DNA of 64,000 nucleotides from a virus. The notes under the pieces were generated by a model. The model made no database searches. It saw only the letters and a program-made list of their open reading frames with translations, and was not told the DNA's origin. The position numbers were made by a program, and so were the translations under genes. This document shows positions 9,218-17,046 of the stretch, in pieces (the stretch's first letter is position 1; each line of letters begins with the position of its first letter). The DNA is taken from positions 1 to 64,000 of IMG/VR virus record IMGVR_UViG_3300008108_000057, one strand, 5' to 3'.

Positions 9218-9927
9218 AGGAGAAACAATTGGCACCAAGAAAAAGAACAGCAGCAGCAGAAGCCAAATCACAACATTTTTCACTTAAAAAAATAAAGCCT
9301 TTAACAGAGAATCAAGAAAGAACATTTGAAGCATATGAAGCAGGTAATCATTTAGTCTTATCAGGATCAGCAGGGTCAGGTAAATCTTTTCTTGCAATGT
9401 ATCTTGGTCTTAAAGATTTGTTAGACGATGCATCACATTACAACAGAATCATTATCATTCGTTCAGCAGTACCTTCAAGAGATTTAGGATTTGTACCAGG
9501 TACACTTGAAGAAAAAGCAAAGATATATCAAGAACCGTATCAGAACATCGTCAACGAATTGATTGGTCGAGGCGATGCATGGCACTTCTTAATACATAAA
9601 GGAATTGTAGAGTTTCAAACAACCAGCTTTCTAAGAGGTCTAACATTTAGAGATTGTATTATTGTGTTTGATGAATTTCAATCTGCTACATTTCATGAAA
9701 TCGACACAGTATTGACACGCATAGGAGAGAATTGTAGATTTATATTGTGTGGAGATTATAATCAAAATGACCTAAACAATAAGAAAGAGAAGTCTGGCTT
9801 GACGGATGCTGTCCGTATACTAAATAATATCAAAGACGTACATCATATCAAATTTGGATTAGAAGATATCGTCCGAAGTGGTTTCGTCAAAGAATATCTA
9901 ACAGTAAAAGAAAAGCTTGCTTTATAG
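9211..9927 (+). CDS. phoH: PhoH-family ATPase
   Basis: GSAGSGKS, GFVPG, FLRGLTF, DEFQ, LTRIG, GDYNQ, DIVRSG. Confidence 0.95.
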   Translation: MVKEKQLAPRKRTAAAEAKSQHFSLKKIKPLTENQERTFEAYEAGNHLVLSGSAGSGKSFLAMYLGLKDLLDDASHYNRIIIIRSAVPSRDLGFVPGTLEEKAKIYQEPYQNIVNELIGRGDAWHFLIHKGIVEFQTTSFLRGLTFRDCIIVFDEFQSATFHEIDTVLTRIGENCRFILCGDYNQNDLNNKKEKSGLTDAVRILNNIKDVHHIKFGLEDIVRSGFVKEYLTVKEKLAL

Positions 9928-9947
9928 ATTTACAACCTGAGGTAAAG

Positions 9948-10628
9948 ATGCCCATAACAGCCAATAATACGCAAATTACATTTAACGACAATACCAGACA
10001 AGTTACAGCATATCCAACTGCCGCTGTACAAAATCGTATAATGAGAGTGTATGAAGGACCATCTGTTACGGCCAATACTACTGGAACTTGGCCTAAACCT
10101 ACAGGGTTAAAAGGAATACAAGTGACCGTTGTTGGTGGTGGTAATCGAGGTGGTAGAGGTACCCCAGGAGTTCCTACTCCCTCAAACTTTAATCAGGCTT
10201 TTGGTGGTGGCGGCGCCGGAGGAACAGCAATAAGATATTATCCAGCACCATCAATACCCGGACCTCAACCATACAGAGCTGGAGGAGCCGCCAATACATC
10301 TTCCTTTGGTGTTGCTCCACTAACAGTTATTTCTGCAACTGCCGGTAACACCGGAACAGCTTTTTCGGGAGGTACTGGTGGTATCGGTACAAATGGAGAC
10401 ATTAATATTAGAGGTGGTTCAGGAGGAAGAGCAGCAAACCTCATATCAGGACTGTATAATGGAGGAGTTGGTGGAATGTCATCCTTAGGTGGTGGAGGTG
10501 CATCAGGTAGTGATGGAAACAAATACGGTGGAGGTGGTGGCGGTGCCTCTGGATGTGGCATACCAGGAATTCCTAATTCCTTCGGCCTCGGAGGTGTAGG
10601 TGTTGTTATAATTGAAGAATACTATTAA
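9948..10628 (+). CDS. Glycine-rich domain protein, paralog 1
   Basis: MPITANNTQITFND start; VTVVGGG; poly-Gly; GVVIIEEYY end. Confidence 0.8.
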   Translation: MPITANNTQITFNDNTRQVTAYPTAAVQNRIMRVYEGPSVTANTTGTWPKPTGLKGIQVTVVGGGNRGGRGTPGVPTPSNFNQAFGGGGAGGTAIRYYPAPSIPGPQPYRAGGAANTSSFGVAPLTVISATAGNTGTAFSGGTGGIGTNGDINIRGGSGGRAANLISGLYNGGVGGMSSLGGGGASGSDGNKYGGGGGGASGCGIPGIPNSFGLGGVGVVIIEEYY

Positions 10629-10676
10629 TATCAATAAAATAAATACGAAAACACTACTCGAAAAATAATATTAAAA

Positions 10677-11360
10677 ATGCCCATAACAGCCAATAATACA
10701 CAAATTACATTTAATGATGGTACGGTACAAACCGTGCCTTATTATGTCGGTGGTACTCCTAGAATGTTTAGCTATACTTCTGATACCACTTATACTAAAG
10801 CACCAGGTGTAAAGGCAATAAAAGTTACTGCGGTGGGCGCTGGCGGTCCTGGGAGAGGTAATATTGATGCGAATACATCAAGTGGAGGTGGTGGTGGAGG
10901 AGGTGCAGTTGTCATAATATATCCTGGCCCAAGCATAGTTGAACCTATATCAATTATTGTTAGTTCTTCAAATACAACCTTTGGTGGACCATCAACAGGA
11001 CCTGCATCGGCACAGTCAGTTCAGATTATAGCATATGCTGGTAGCGGTAATACACTTCCTGATGTAGCTAATAATCGATCTGGTGGAGCAGCAGGATATG
11101 GTTGCGTACCTATTGCTAATCCACTTAAGAGTTCAGCACTAACTATGTGGGGACAGGCGGGAGAATCAGGACGTAGTATATCAAGTAATGTAACAACTTG
11201 GTCTGGTATTGGAGGTAGCTCTATTTTAGGTGGTGGGGGTGCTATTGGATTACCAGGAACTGGTTACGGTGGAGGTGGTGGAGGTGCAAACACAGCCTCA
11301 CCTAATATTTCCGCAGGTTCGGGTGCACCGGGTATCGTCATAATTGAAGAATTTTTTTAA
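10677..11360 (+). CDS. Glycine-rich domain protein, paralog 2
   Basis: Same 14-aa N-terminus; GIVIIEEFF end; AATAAATA upstream. Confidence 0.8.
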   Translation: MPITANNTQITFNDGTVQTVPYYVGGTPRMFSYTSDTTYTKAPGVKAIKVTAVGAGGPGRGNIDANTSSGGGGGGGAVVIIYPGPSIVEPISIIVSSSNTTFGGPSTGPASAQSVQIIAYAGSGNTLPDVANNRSGGAAGYGCVPIANPLKSSALTMWGQAGESGRSISSNVTTWSGIGGSSILGGGGAIGLPGTGYGGGGGGANTASPNISAGSGAPGIVIIEEFF

Positions 11361-11371
11361 AGAGTTAAGAA

Positions 11372-12106
11372 ATGCCAATAACATTTAGCAATACTGAAAT
11401 TATATTTAATAATCAGCCTTGTGGACAAACAACAGCATATTGTAATCCAGTTGGTAGTAGTATAACAAGGTATTACACAGCATCAGGTCCAGGAACTTGG
11501 CCTAGACCTAATATAACAGGTGAGAATTCATTAAAGGCAATAAAGGTTACTGTAGTTGGTGCTGGTGGACCAAATGCCGTTCTTCCTGGACCAGGTGCAG
11601 AACAAGGTGCTGGTGGAGGTGCTGGTGGTGGGGCAGCAATTAAATATTATCCTGGTCCATCAATACCTGGTCCTCAACCTTATGTTGTTGGTACATCATT
11701 ACCTGGCCCAGGCGTGACGCAAGCAAATGGAACTTCTTCCTTTGGGGCAGCACCACTAACTGTTGTTTCAGCCACAGCAGGAGATTCGGGTTCTAGTATA
11801 TATGCCGGCATAAATGCAGGGTCTGGATCGGGAGGAGATGTCAATTTTACTGGTGGTGCAGGCACCCAGGGTCTTAGACAATTAACACCAATATCATTCA
11901 ACGCCGTTGGTGGTCAAGGAGGAAGTTCCATTTTTGGTGGAGGAGGCCGTTTTATTTCACCGGGAACTCCTGCACTTTCTACAGTTGCTTATGGTGCTGG
12001 TGGTCATGGTGGTGTTAACCCTGGTGGACCAGCCATTTCACCCACACCACCATCAGTTCTCGTTCGTGGTGGTGAAGGAATCGTTATAGTTGAAGAATTT
12101 TATTGA
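11372..12106 (+). CDS. Glycine-rich domain protein, paralog 3
   Basis: MPITFSNTEIIFN; YYPGPSIPGPQPY shared with paralog 1; GIVIVEEFY end. Confidence 0.8.
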   Translation: MPITFSNTEIIFNNQPCGQTTAYCNPVGSSITRYYTASGPGTWPRPNITGENSLKAIKVTVVGAGGPNAVLPGPGAEQGAGGGAGGGAAIKYYPGPSIPGPQPYVVGTSLPGPGVTQANGTSSFGAAPLTVVSATAGDSGSSIYAGINAGSGSGGDVNFTGGAGTQGLRQLTPISFNAVGGQGGSSIFGGGGRFISPGTPALSTVAYGAGGHGGVNPGGPAISPTPPSVLVRGGEGIVIVEEFY

Positions 12107-12129
12107 TTAAAAGTAAAAGGTGAATTAAT

Positions 12130-12723
12130 ATGAGTGCCCGTGAACATTTCAACAGACAAGGTGTTTTGCTTTTTAAAAACATAGTATCACCAGAAATATC
12201 AAAGTTTATGACTCATCTGCTGGCGGTAAAAGGTGCGATGGGAGTAGGTGGCGACGATCAAATACCAAACTCAAAAGCAGCAGGTCATGGTGAACTTGCC
12301 TGTGAAACTATTTTAGAAATGGTATGGCCAAGATTAGAGGAAGCGTTAGAGGAAGAACTCTTTCCCACATACTCGTATGCTCGTTTATATGGTAATGATG
12401 ATGAGTTAAAGATACATTCTGATAGACCTTCATGTGAAATATCTGTTACAATACAACTAGGTCGTTCCCATCATTATTCTTGGCCTATATACATGGCAGG
12501 TCACCGTTATGATTTAGCAGAAGGTGATGGTGTTGTATATAAAGGATGTGATCTATTGCATTGGAGAAAGCCATGTGATGGTCCAGAACATTATTATTCT
12601 GGACAAGTATTCTGTCATTTTGTTCGTGCTAATGGTCCATATGCTGAGTTTATTGGTGATAAGAGATGGAATGGACAACATCCTTTTGTAAGAGATCGTA
12701 TGATTGATATGTATAGAAAGTGA
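12130..12723 (+). CDS. 2OG-Fe(II) oxygenase
   Basis: PTYSYARLY, HSDRPSCEIS, GDGVVYKG..HWR, QVFCHFV. Confidence 0.8.
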   Translation: MSAREHFNRQGVLLFKNIVSPEISKFMTHLLAVKGAMGVGGDDQIPNSKAAGHGELACETILEMVWPRLEEALEEELFPTYSYARLYGNDDELKIHSDRPSCEISVTIQLGRSHHYSWPIYMAGHRYDLAEGDGVVYKGCDLLHWRKPCDGPEHYYSGQVFCHFVRANGPYAEFIGDKRWNGQHPFVRDRMIDMYRK

Positions 12724-12730
12724 GTTAATT

Positions 12731-13345
12731 ATGTCACAACAATTGATATTTCCTGTTGCACCATTCAATGCACCGGGGAAAGATGATATTTGTTATTGGG
12801 AAGGATTTCTATCTGATGATGAAATCAACTACATTCTTTCTCGTCCTGAGTGGCATGACCAACATGATGCTCAAATTGGCGCAGATGGTGTTGGACTAGT
12901 GGATAAAGAAAAACGTAGAACCAATGTTTCTTGGATGCGTGTTGATAGAAAAAATCATCACATTTGGGAAAAGATAACAGATGCAATTTGGTCTGCTAAT
13001 CGTCAATTCTTTCAATTTGATCTAACGGGTTGTTATGAACCAGCACAGCTAGGTGTATATACACAACATGATCAAGGACACTACGATTGGCATACTGATG
13101 CTAGTCTATGCAATTCAAATCATGTTTATAGAAAATTATCAATGTCATTGATGTTAAGTGATCCTTCTGAGTTCGAAGGAGGTGAATTACAAGTCAAATA
13201 TGGTAATGATGATATTAAACAATTGGAACAGAAAAAAGGTCGTGCATGGTTTTTTCCGTCATGGACATTACATCGTGTCACTCCAGTCACTAGAGGTATT
13301 CGCCGCTCACTAGTATTGTGGGTTGGTGGTCCAGGATTTAAATAA
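12731..13345 (+). CDS. 2OG-Fe(II) oxygenase (prolyl-hydroxylase/PKHD-like)
   Basis: YDWHTD, RKLS, FEGGEL, FPSWTLHRVTPVTRGIRRSLV. Confidence 0.9.
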   Translation: MSQQLIFPVAPFNAPGKDDICYWEGFLSDDEINYILSRPEWHDQHDAQIGADGVGLVDKEKRRTNVSWMRVDRKNHHIWEKITDAIWSANRQFFQFDLTGCYEPAQLGVYTQHDQGHYDWHTDASLCNSNHVYRKLSMSLMLSDPSEFEGGELQVKYGNDDIKQLEQKKGRAWFFPSWTLHRVTPVTRGIRRSLVLWVGGPGFK

Positions 13346-14007
13346 TGTTTAACTATTGCCCACCTAAAGAACTACAAGACCTACAATCAGAAACTTTTCC
13401 TGACGGTAAAAGATACTATAAGTTGCCAGATGGTACTAAGTTGCCATCTGTAACTACTGTTGTTGGATCCAAAAAGAAAAAAGCTATCATGGAATGGAGA
13501 GCAAGAGTCGGCGAAGAGGAAGCCAATCGTATCTCTAAACAAGCTACTTCCCGTGGCACTAATGTGCATACTATCTGTGAGAACTATCTAAATAATAAAC
13601 AGGATTATATGAAAGGTGTGATGCCTGATGCTGTTGAGTTTTTTCTCTCAATAAAACCCTATCTGAACAAGATAAACAACATTCATTATCAAGAGCAAGC
13701 GTTGTGGTCTAAAGCAATAGGTATGGCTGGTAGAGTAGATTGTATTGCAGAGTATGACGGAGTACTTTCTGTAATTGATTTTAAGACCTCTGCAAGACCA
13801 AAGAAAAGAGATGATGTATTAGATTATTTCTGGCAAACTACAGCATATGCTTTAATGTATGAAGAACTGATTGGTATCCCTATTGATAACCTGGTTGTTA
13901 TTATGGCAGTTAAAGATTCACCACCAATTATCTTCAAAGAGAGAACTGAGGATCACCTAAACGGTTTAGCAGAAGCCATCAAGTATTATCACCAGAATAA
14001 ACATTGA
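13345..14007 (+). CDS. PD-(D/E)xK exonuclease (T4-like)
   Basis: PSVTT, RGTNVH, AGRVDC, IDFKTS, Q..AYA. Confidence 0.85.
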   Translation: MFNYCPPKELQDLQSETFPDGKRYYKLPDGTKLPSVTTVVGSKKKKAIMEWRARVGEEEANRISKQATSRGTNVHTICENYLNNKQDYMKGVMPDAVEFFLSIKPYLNKINNIHYQEQALWSKAIGMAGRVDCIAEYDGVLSVIDFKTSARPKKRDDVLDYFWQTTAYALMYEELIGIPIDNLVVIMAVKDSPPIIFKERTEDHLNGLAEAIKYYHQNKH

Positions 14008-14032
14008 CATTTAATTAAGATTTTAGTATAGT
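14004..14032 (+). promoter_or_regulatory. Sigma70-type promoter
   Basis: TTGACA-17-TATAGT. Confidence 0.6.
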
Positions 14033-14038
14033 GACTAA

Positions 14039-14605
14039 ATGATAGATTATGTAAAAACTTATGATAACGTTCTATCGAAAGAAGAATGTGAACATATCAT
14101 AAAAAAATTTGAGTCTAATCTCACACATCAGGTAAGAAATTACCATGAAAACCATCATTCTTTTAAACAGATAAACATCAATCACCACATTGATGTTTGG
14201 GGTAGAGAGTTTGAAGTTCTCTTTGGAACAATGCATGAGTATCTAAAAAGATACAAATCGGATCTCAATATTGATGATGAGTCTTGGCCAAATGAAATGT
14301 TGTATGAGCAGTTAAGAATAAAAAGATATTTACCAAATACTGAAGATGAATTTAAATTTCATGTTGATTCTAAAGATTATCTTTCAGCAAGAAGATTTTT
14401 AGCTTATTTTTGGTACTTGAATGACGTTAATGAGGGTGGCGAAACAGTATTTCAATTAAACAGGGAAGTTTCTCCTAGTATAAAAGTTCAACCTAAAACA
14501 GGAAAGTTATTGATGTTTCCTCCTTTATGGACACATCCACACCTTGCTTTGCCTCCTGTTAGTGGACCTAAGTACATTGTTGGAGGATACTTACATTACG
14601 TATAG
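14039..14605 (+). CDS. 2OG-Fe(II) oxygenase
   Basis: FHVD, YLNDVNEGGET, FPPLWTHPH, KYI. Confidence 0.9.
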   Translation: MIDYVKTYDNVLSKEECEHIIKKFESNLTHQVRNYHENHHSFKQININHHIDVWGREFEVLFGTMHEYLKRYKSDLNIDDESWPNEMLYEQLRIKRYLPNTEDEFKFHVDSKDYLSARRFLAYFWYLNDVNEGGETVFQLNREVSPSIKVQPKTGKLLMFPPLWTHPHLALPPVSGPKYIVGGYLHYV

Positions 14606-14614
14606 GAGACAATC

Positions 14615-14704
14615 ATGGGACTAACCATGTTTTTTCTGCTTACCTTTGGTAATGCAGTAAATATCTATTTTGTTGATAAAGCAATAAATGACAGAAACAC
14701 ATAA
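14615..14704 (+). CDS. Possible 29-aa hydrophobic peptide
   Basis: TAGGAG SD; MGLTMFFLLTFGNAVNIYFVDKAINDRNT*. Confidence 0.35.
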   Translation: MGLTMFFLLTFGNAVNIYFVDKAINDRNT

Positions 14705-14897
14705 AAGAACCATAGCAAGAATGATCAGCTATAGAATTACAGCTTGGTTGTTCACTATATTTTACACTTACCTCTTTACAGGTAGTATAGCACAGGCCAC
14801 AGGATTTGCTACGATACTACATATTCTGTTGAGCTTGGACTATTATATACATGAAAGGATTTGGTTAAAAATAAAATGGGGCAAAACCGATAAATAA
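14688..14897 (+). CDS. DUF2061-like small membrane protein
   Basis: ETHKRTIARMISYR...YYIHERIW..IKWG. Confidence 0.75.
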   Translation: MTETHKRTIARMISYRITAWLFTIFYTYLFTGSIAQATGFATILHILLSLDYYIHERIWLKIKWGKTDK

Positions 14898-14902
14898 AAT
14901 AT

Positions 14903-14990
14903 CACACTATTCATCTAGAAGTGGCAAAGGCGACGAAGAAACTAAGATACCGCTGGTCGGTAACGTAGGTGAGAATCCTACATAGTGTGT
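14903..14990 (+). ncRNA. tRNA-like RNA (non-decoding)
   Basis: CACACTAT/ATAGTGTG acceptor-like stem, T-arm GTAGG-TGAGAAT-CCTAC, ATCT/AGAT D-stem with enlarged loop, stunted anticodon arm. Confidence 0.55.
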
Positions 14991-14991
14991 A

Positions 14992-15311
14992 CCGTATTGT
15001 TGTATGAAGTTGACTGAAAGGTGTTCTGGACGGCGGTTCGATTCCGCCCAGCTCCACCAGAAGTGTTGTTTAGGGTGATATGTAAGAGTTTAACAAGACT
15101 CTAAGGATTGGAATTCCCGACCTGTGAACAGCAGGACACTTCTGATGGGGCTGACCTGGTTTCGACAGGGCAATGAGTAAAGAGATGGACAACACGGTAG
15201 GCGATGACCGTAAATCAAGCAAATCTATAAACGCAAATGATGAGCGTTTCGCACTAGCCGCTTAAGCTAGTTGGGGTTTTACCAGTTGTCCTTATTACCC
15301 AATCAACTGGT
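14992..15311 (+). ncRNA. ssrA: Circularly permuted (two-piece) tmRNA
   Basis: T-arm GGCGGTTCGATTCCGCC plus CAGCTCCA-CCA (ends 15059) precedes GGGGCTGACCTGGTTTCGAC (starts 15147); G3:U70 pair; tag ORF ANDERFALAA* at 15233-15265. Confidence 0.93.
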
Positions 15312-15343
15312 TTGAGATTAATTTTTAAATACTTTAGATCACT

Positions 15344-16021
15344 ATGATACCATATAAATTTTTAGACATAGAAAACCATCTTGATATTACAAAACAACTT
15401 GAGTACCTAATGCTCAATGAGTTGTATTTGAATATTCGTCCTAACAATGATGTTCTTTTCACATTTCATCCAACACGACCAGGCCAAAGAAAGTATGATA
15501 TATTAGAACATGGTTTACTTTGGAATTATTTGAATCATGAAGAAGTATTTGAAAGATGTCCTGATTTAAAAGCAGCATTAGATAAACTAGGCGTTGAAGT
15601 CATTTCATGCTCGGTGCTTGTTATAACAGCAGGAGATGGTTCTGGGTTTCGCCTAGGCCTTCATTCTGATGCATCTATAAGTAAAATAGATTACAGAATT
15701 AATTGGCCAATATATCAATGTTTACCTGGTACTACTACAACGATGTACAAGATGAAACCTGATGCGGTTAATCTTTTAACCACTGGAGAAACTCCATATA
15801 AACCACCAAGCCAAGATGTTGTTTCTAAGAATGAAACTGGTATCTATAGAATGTGTGATGTAGAATCTGAAATCACCTCTTTTGTATTTGATCGTCCTCT
15901 ACTGTTCAAATATAACATTCCACATAGGGTATACGATACCGAACCTGGTATTCCATATCCAAGAATTTTACTTTCACTAGACTTCAATGACTGTGATATG
16001 GTAAGAGAGCTTTATCAGTAG
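15344..16021 (+). CDS. Hypothetical protein, possible cupin/2OG-oxygenase fold
   Basis: LHSD, RINWPI, PHRV, RILLS pattern. Confidence 0.55.
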   Translation: MIPYKFLDIENHLDITKQLEYLMLNELYLNIRPNNDVLFTFHPTRPGQRKYDILEHGLLWNYLNHEEVFERCPDLKAALDKLGVEVISCSVLVITAGDGSGFRLGLHSDASISKIDYRINWPIYQCLPGTTTTMYKMKPDAVNLLTTGETPYKPPSQDVVSKNETGIYRMCDVESEITSFVFDRPLLFKYNIPHRVYDTEPGIPYPRILLSLDFNDCDMVRELYQ

Positions 16022-16044
16022 ATGATTATCATGATTTTCACTAC

Positions 16045-16074
16045 TTGACAAATCCCATCTAGTCAATATATAAT
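16045..16074 (+). promoter_or_regulatory. Sigma70-type promoter for pqqA-rubrerythrin
   Basis: TTGACA-18-TATAAT. Confidence 0.7.
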
Positions 16075-16116
16075 CTTAGTCGTAACATTTTGTTGCGACA
16101 TTTTTAGGAGACTACT

Positions 16117-16191
16117 ATGACTTGGATGACACCACAAGCAAACGATATGCGTTTTGGTTTTGAAATCACAATGTATATTGCGAATCGATAA
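16117..16191 (+). CDS. pqqA: Pyrroloquinoline quinone precursor peptide (24 aa), not in ORF track
   Basis: MTWMTPQANDMRFGFEITMYIANR*; W..P..D.R.GFE-I-T-M-Y (ExxxY) signature; TAGGAG SD. Confidence 0.95.
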   Translation: MTWMTPQANDMRFGFEITMYIANR

Positions 16192-16203
16192 TTAGGAGAT
16201 ACT

Positions 16204-16638
16204 ATGAGCGTCAAAGGAACTAAAACTGAATTGAATTTGAAAGAAGCATTTGCAGGTGAATCACAAGCAAATCGCCGTTATCTATATTTTGCAAACATGG
16301 CTGACATTGAAGGATCACCAGAAGTTGCTGCCGTATTTCGTCACACAGCAGAAGGTGAAACTGGACATGCACACGGTCACATGGAATATTTGTTAAATGG
16401 TTCCGCTGGCGATCCTGCAACAGGTATGCAAGTAAATAATGTTGCAGAAGCACTTGAATCTGCCATTGAAGGTGAAACTCACGAATACACCGATATGTAT
16501 CCAGGTATGGCTAAGACTGCCCGTGAAGAAGGCTTTGATGAAATTGCAGATTGGTTCGAAACACTTGCAAAAGCAGAACGTTCTCATGCAGGTAAGTTCA
16601 AGAAAACTCTTGAGGCTTACAAAGCTGGACAACTATAA
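16204..16638 (+). CDS. Rubrerythrin (short form, no rubredoxin domain)
   Basis: [36 protein letters not shown] di-iron motifs. Confidence 0.93.
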   Translation: MSVKGTKTELNLKEAFAGESQANRRYLYFANMADIEGSPEVAAVFRHTAEGETGHAHGHMEYLLNGSAGDPATGMQVNNVAEALESAIEGETHEYTDMYPGMAKTAREEGFDEIADWFETLAKAERSHAGKFKKTLEAYKAGQL

Positions 16639-16641
16639 ATA
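16634..16641 (+). promoter_or_regulatory. T4-type late promoter
   Basis: TATAAATA. Confidence 0.7.
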
Positions 16642-16725
16642 GTATTATACACTGGGTTTTGGTGGCATCACCCAGGAGCAATCCTAAAAAACCACCACTT
16701 ACACACAACACACAAGGAGAAAACT

Positions 16726-16998
16726 ATGAGTAATCTTACACCTTTTGAAATTCGTCTTGAACTTTTAAGAATGGCGAAAGAACTTTTGTTAGAGGAATAT
16801 CATTCTAACAAAGATCGACTTCAACAAGAATGGCATGTAAAGGTAGAGTCTGCAAAACTAAACGGACAACCAATACCTGATCATCCAGCATATCCAACAT
16901 ATCCCACAGAAAACGAAATTATTACCAAGGCACAGTCCTTGAACGGTTTTGTTTCAAACATCACAACAGAAAAGACTACTAGCAAAAAGTCTACCTGA
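16726..16998 (+). CDS. Hypothetical phage protein
   Basis: AAGGAG SD; TPFEIRLELLRMAK. Confidence 0.75.
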   Translation: MSNLTPFEIRLELLRMAKELLLEEYHSNKDRLQQEWHVKVESAKLNGQPIPDHPAYPTYPTENEIITKAQSLNGFVSNITTEKTTSKKST

Positions 16999-17007
16999 TC
17001 GGGACAA

Positions 17008-17025
17008 GAGAGGCTTCGGCCTCTC
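17008..17025 (+). other. C(UUCG)G tetraloop hairpin (intergenic RNA stability/processing element)
   Basis: GAGAGGC-TTCG-GCCTCTC, no U tract. Confidence 0.7.
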
Positions 17026-17046
17026 CCTAACTACTAAGGAGAAATA

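Noticed and set aside
13345-14007. Cas4 / CRISPR system
   Set aside because: PD-(D/E)xK exonuclease common in T4-like phages, lacks the four-Cys cluster; no repeat-spacer array or cas genes seen in the window
15060-15146. Group I intron or functional tRNA within the tmRNA
   Set aside because: Too short for an intron; lacks canonical T-loop and 7-nt anticodon loop; explained as the permutation spacer
16652-16697. HDV-like/theta ribozyme
   Set aside because: Crossing stems are present but there is no room for P3/L3 and no clear catalytic C junction
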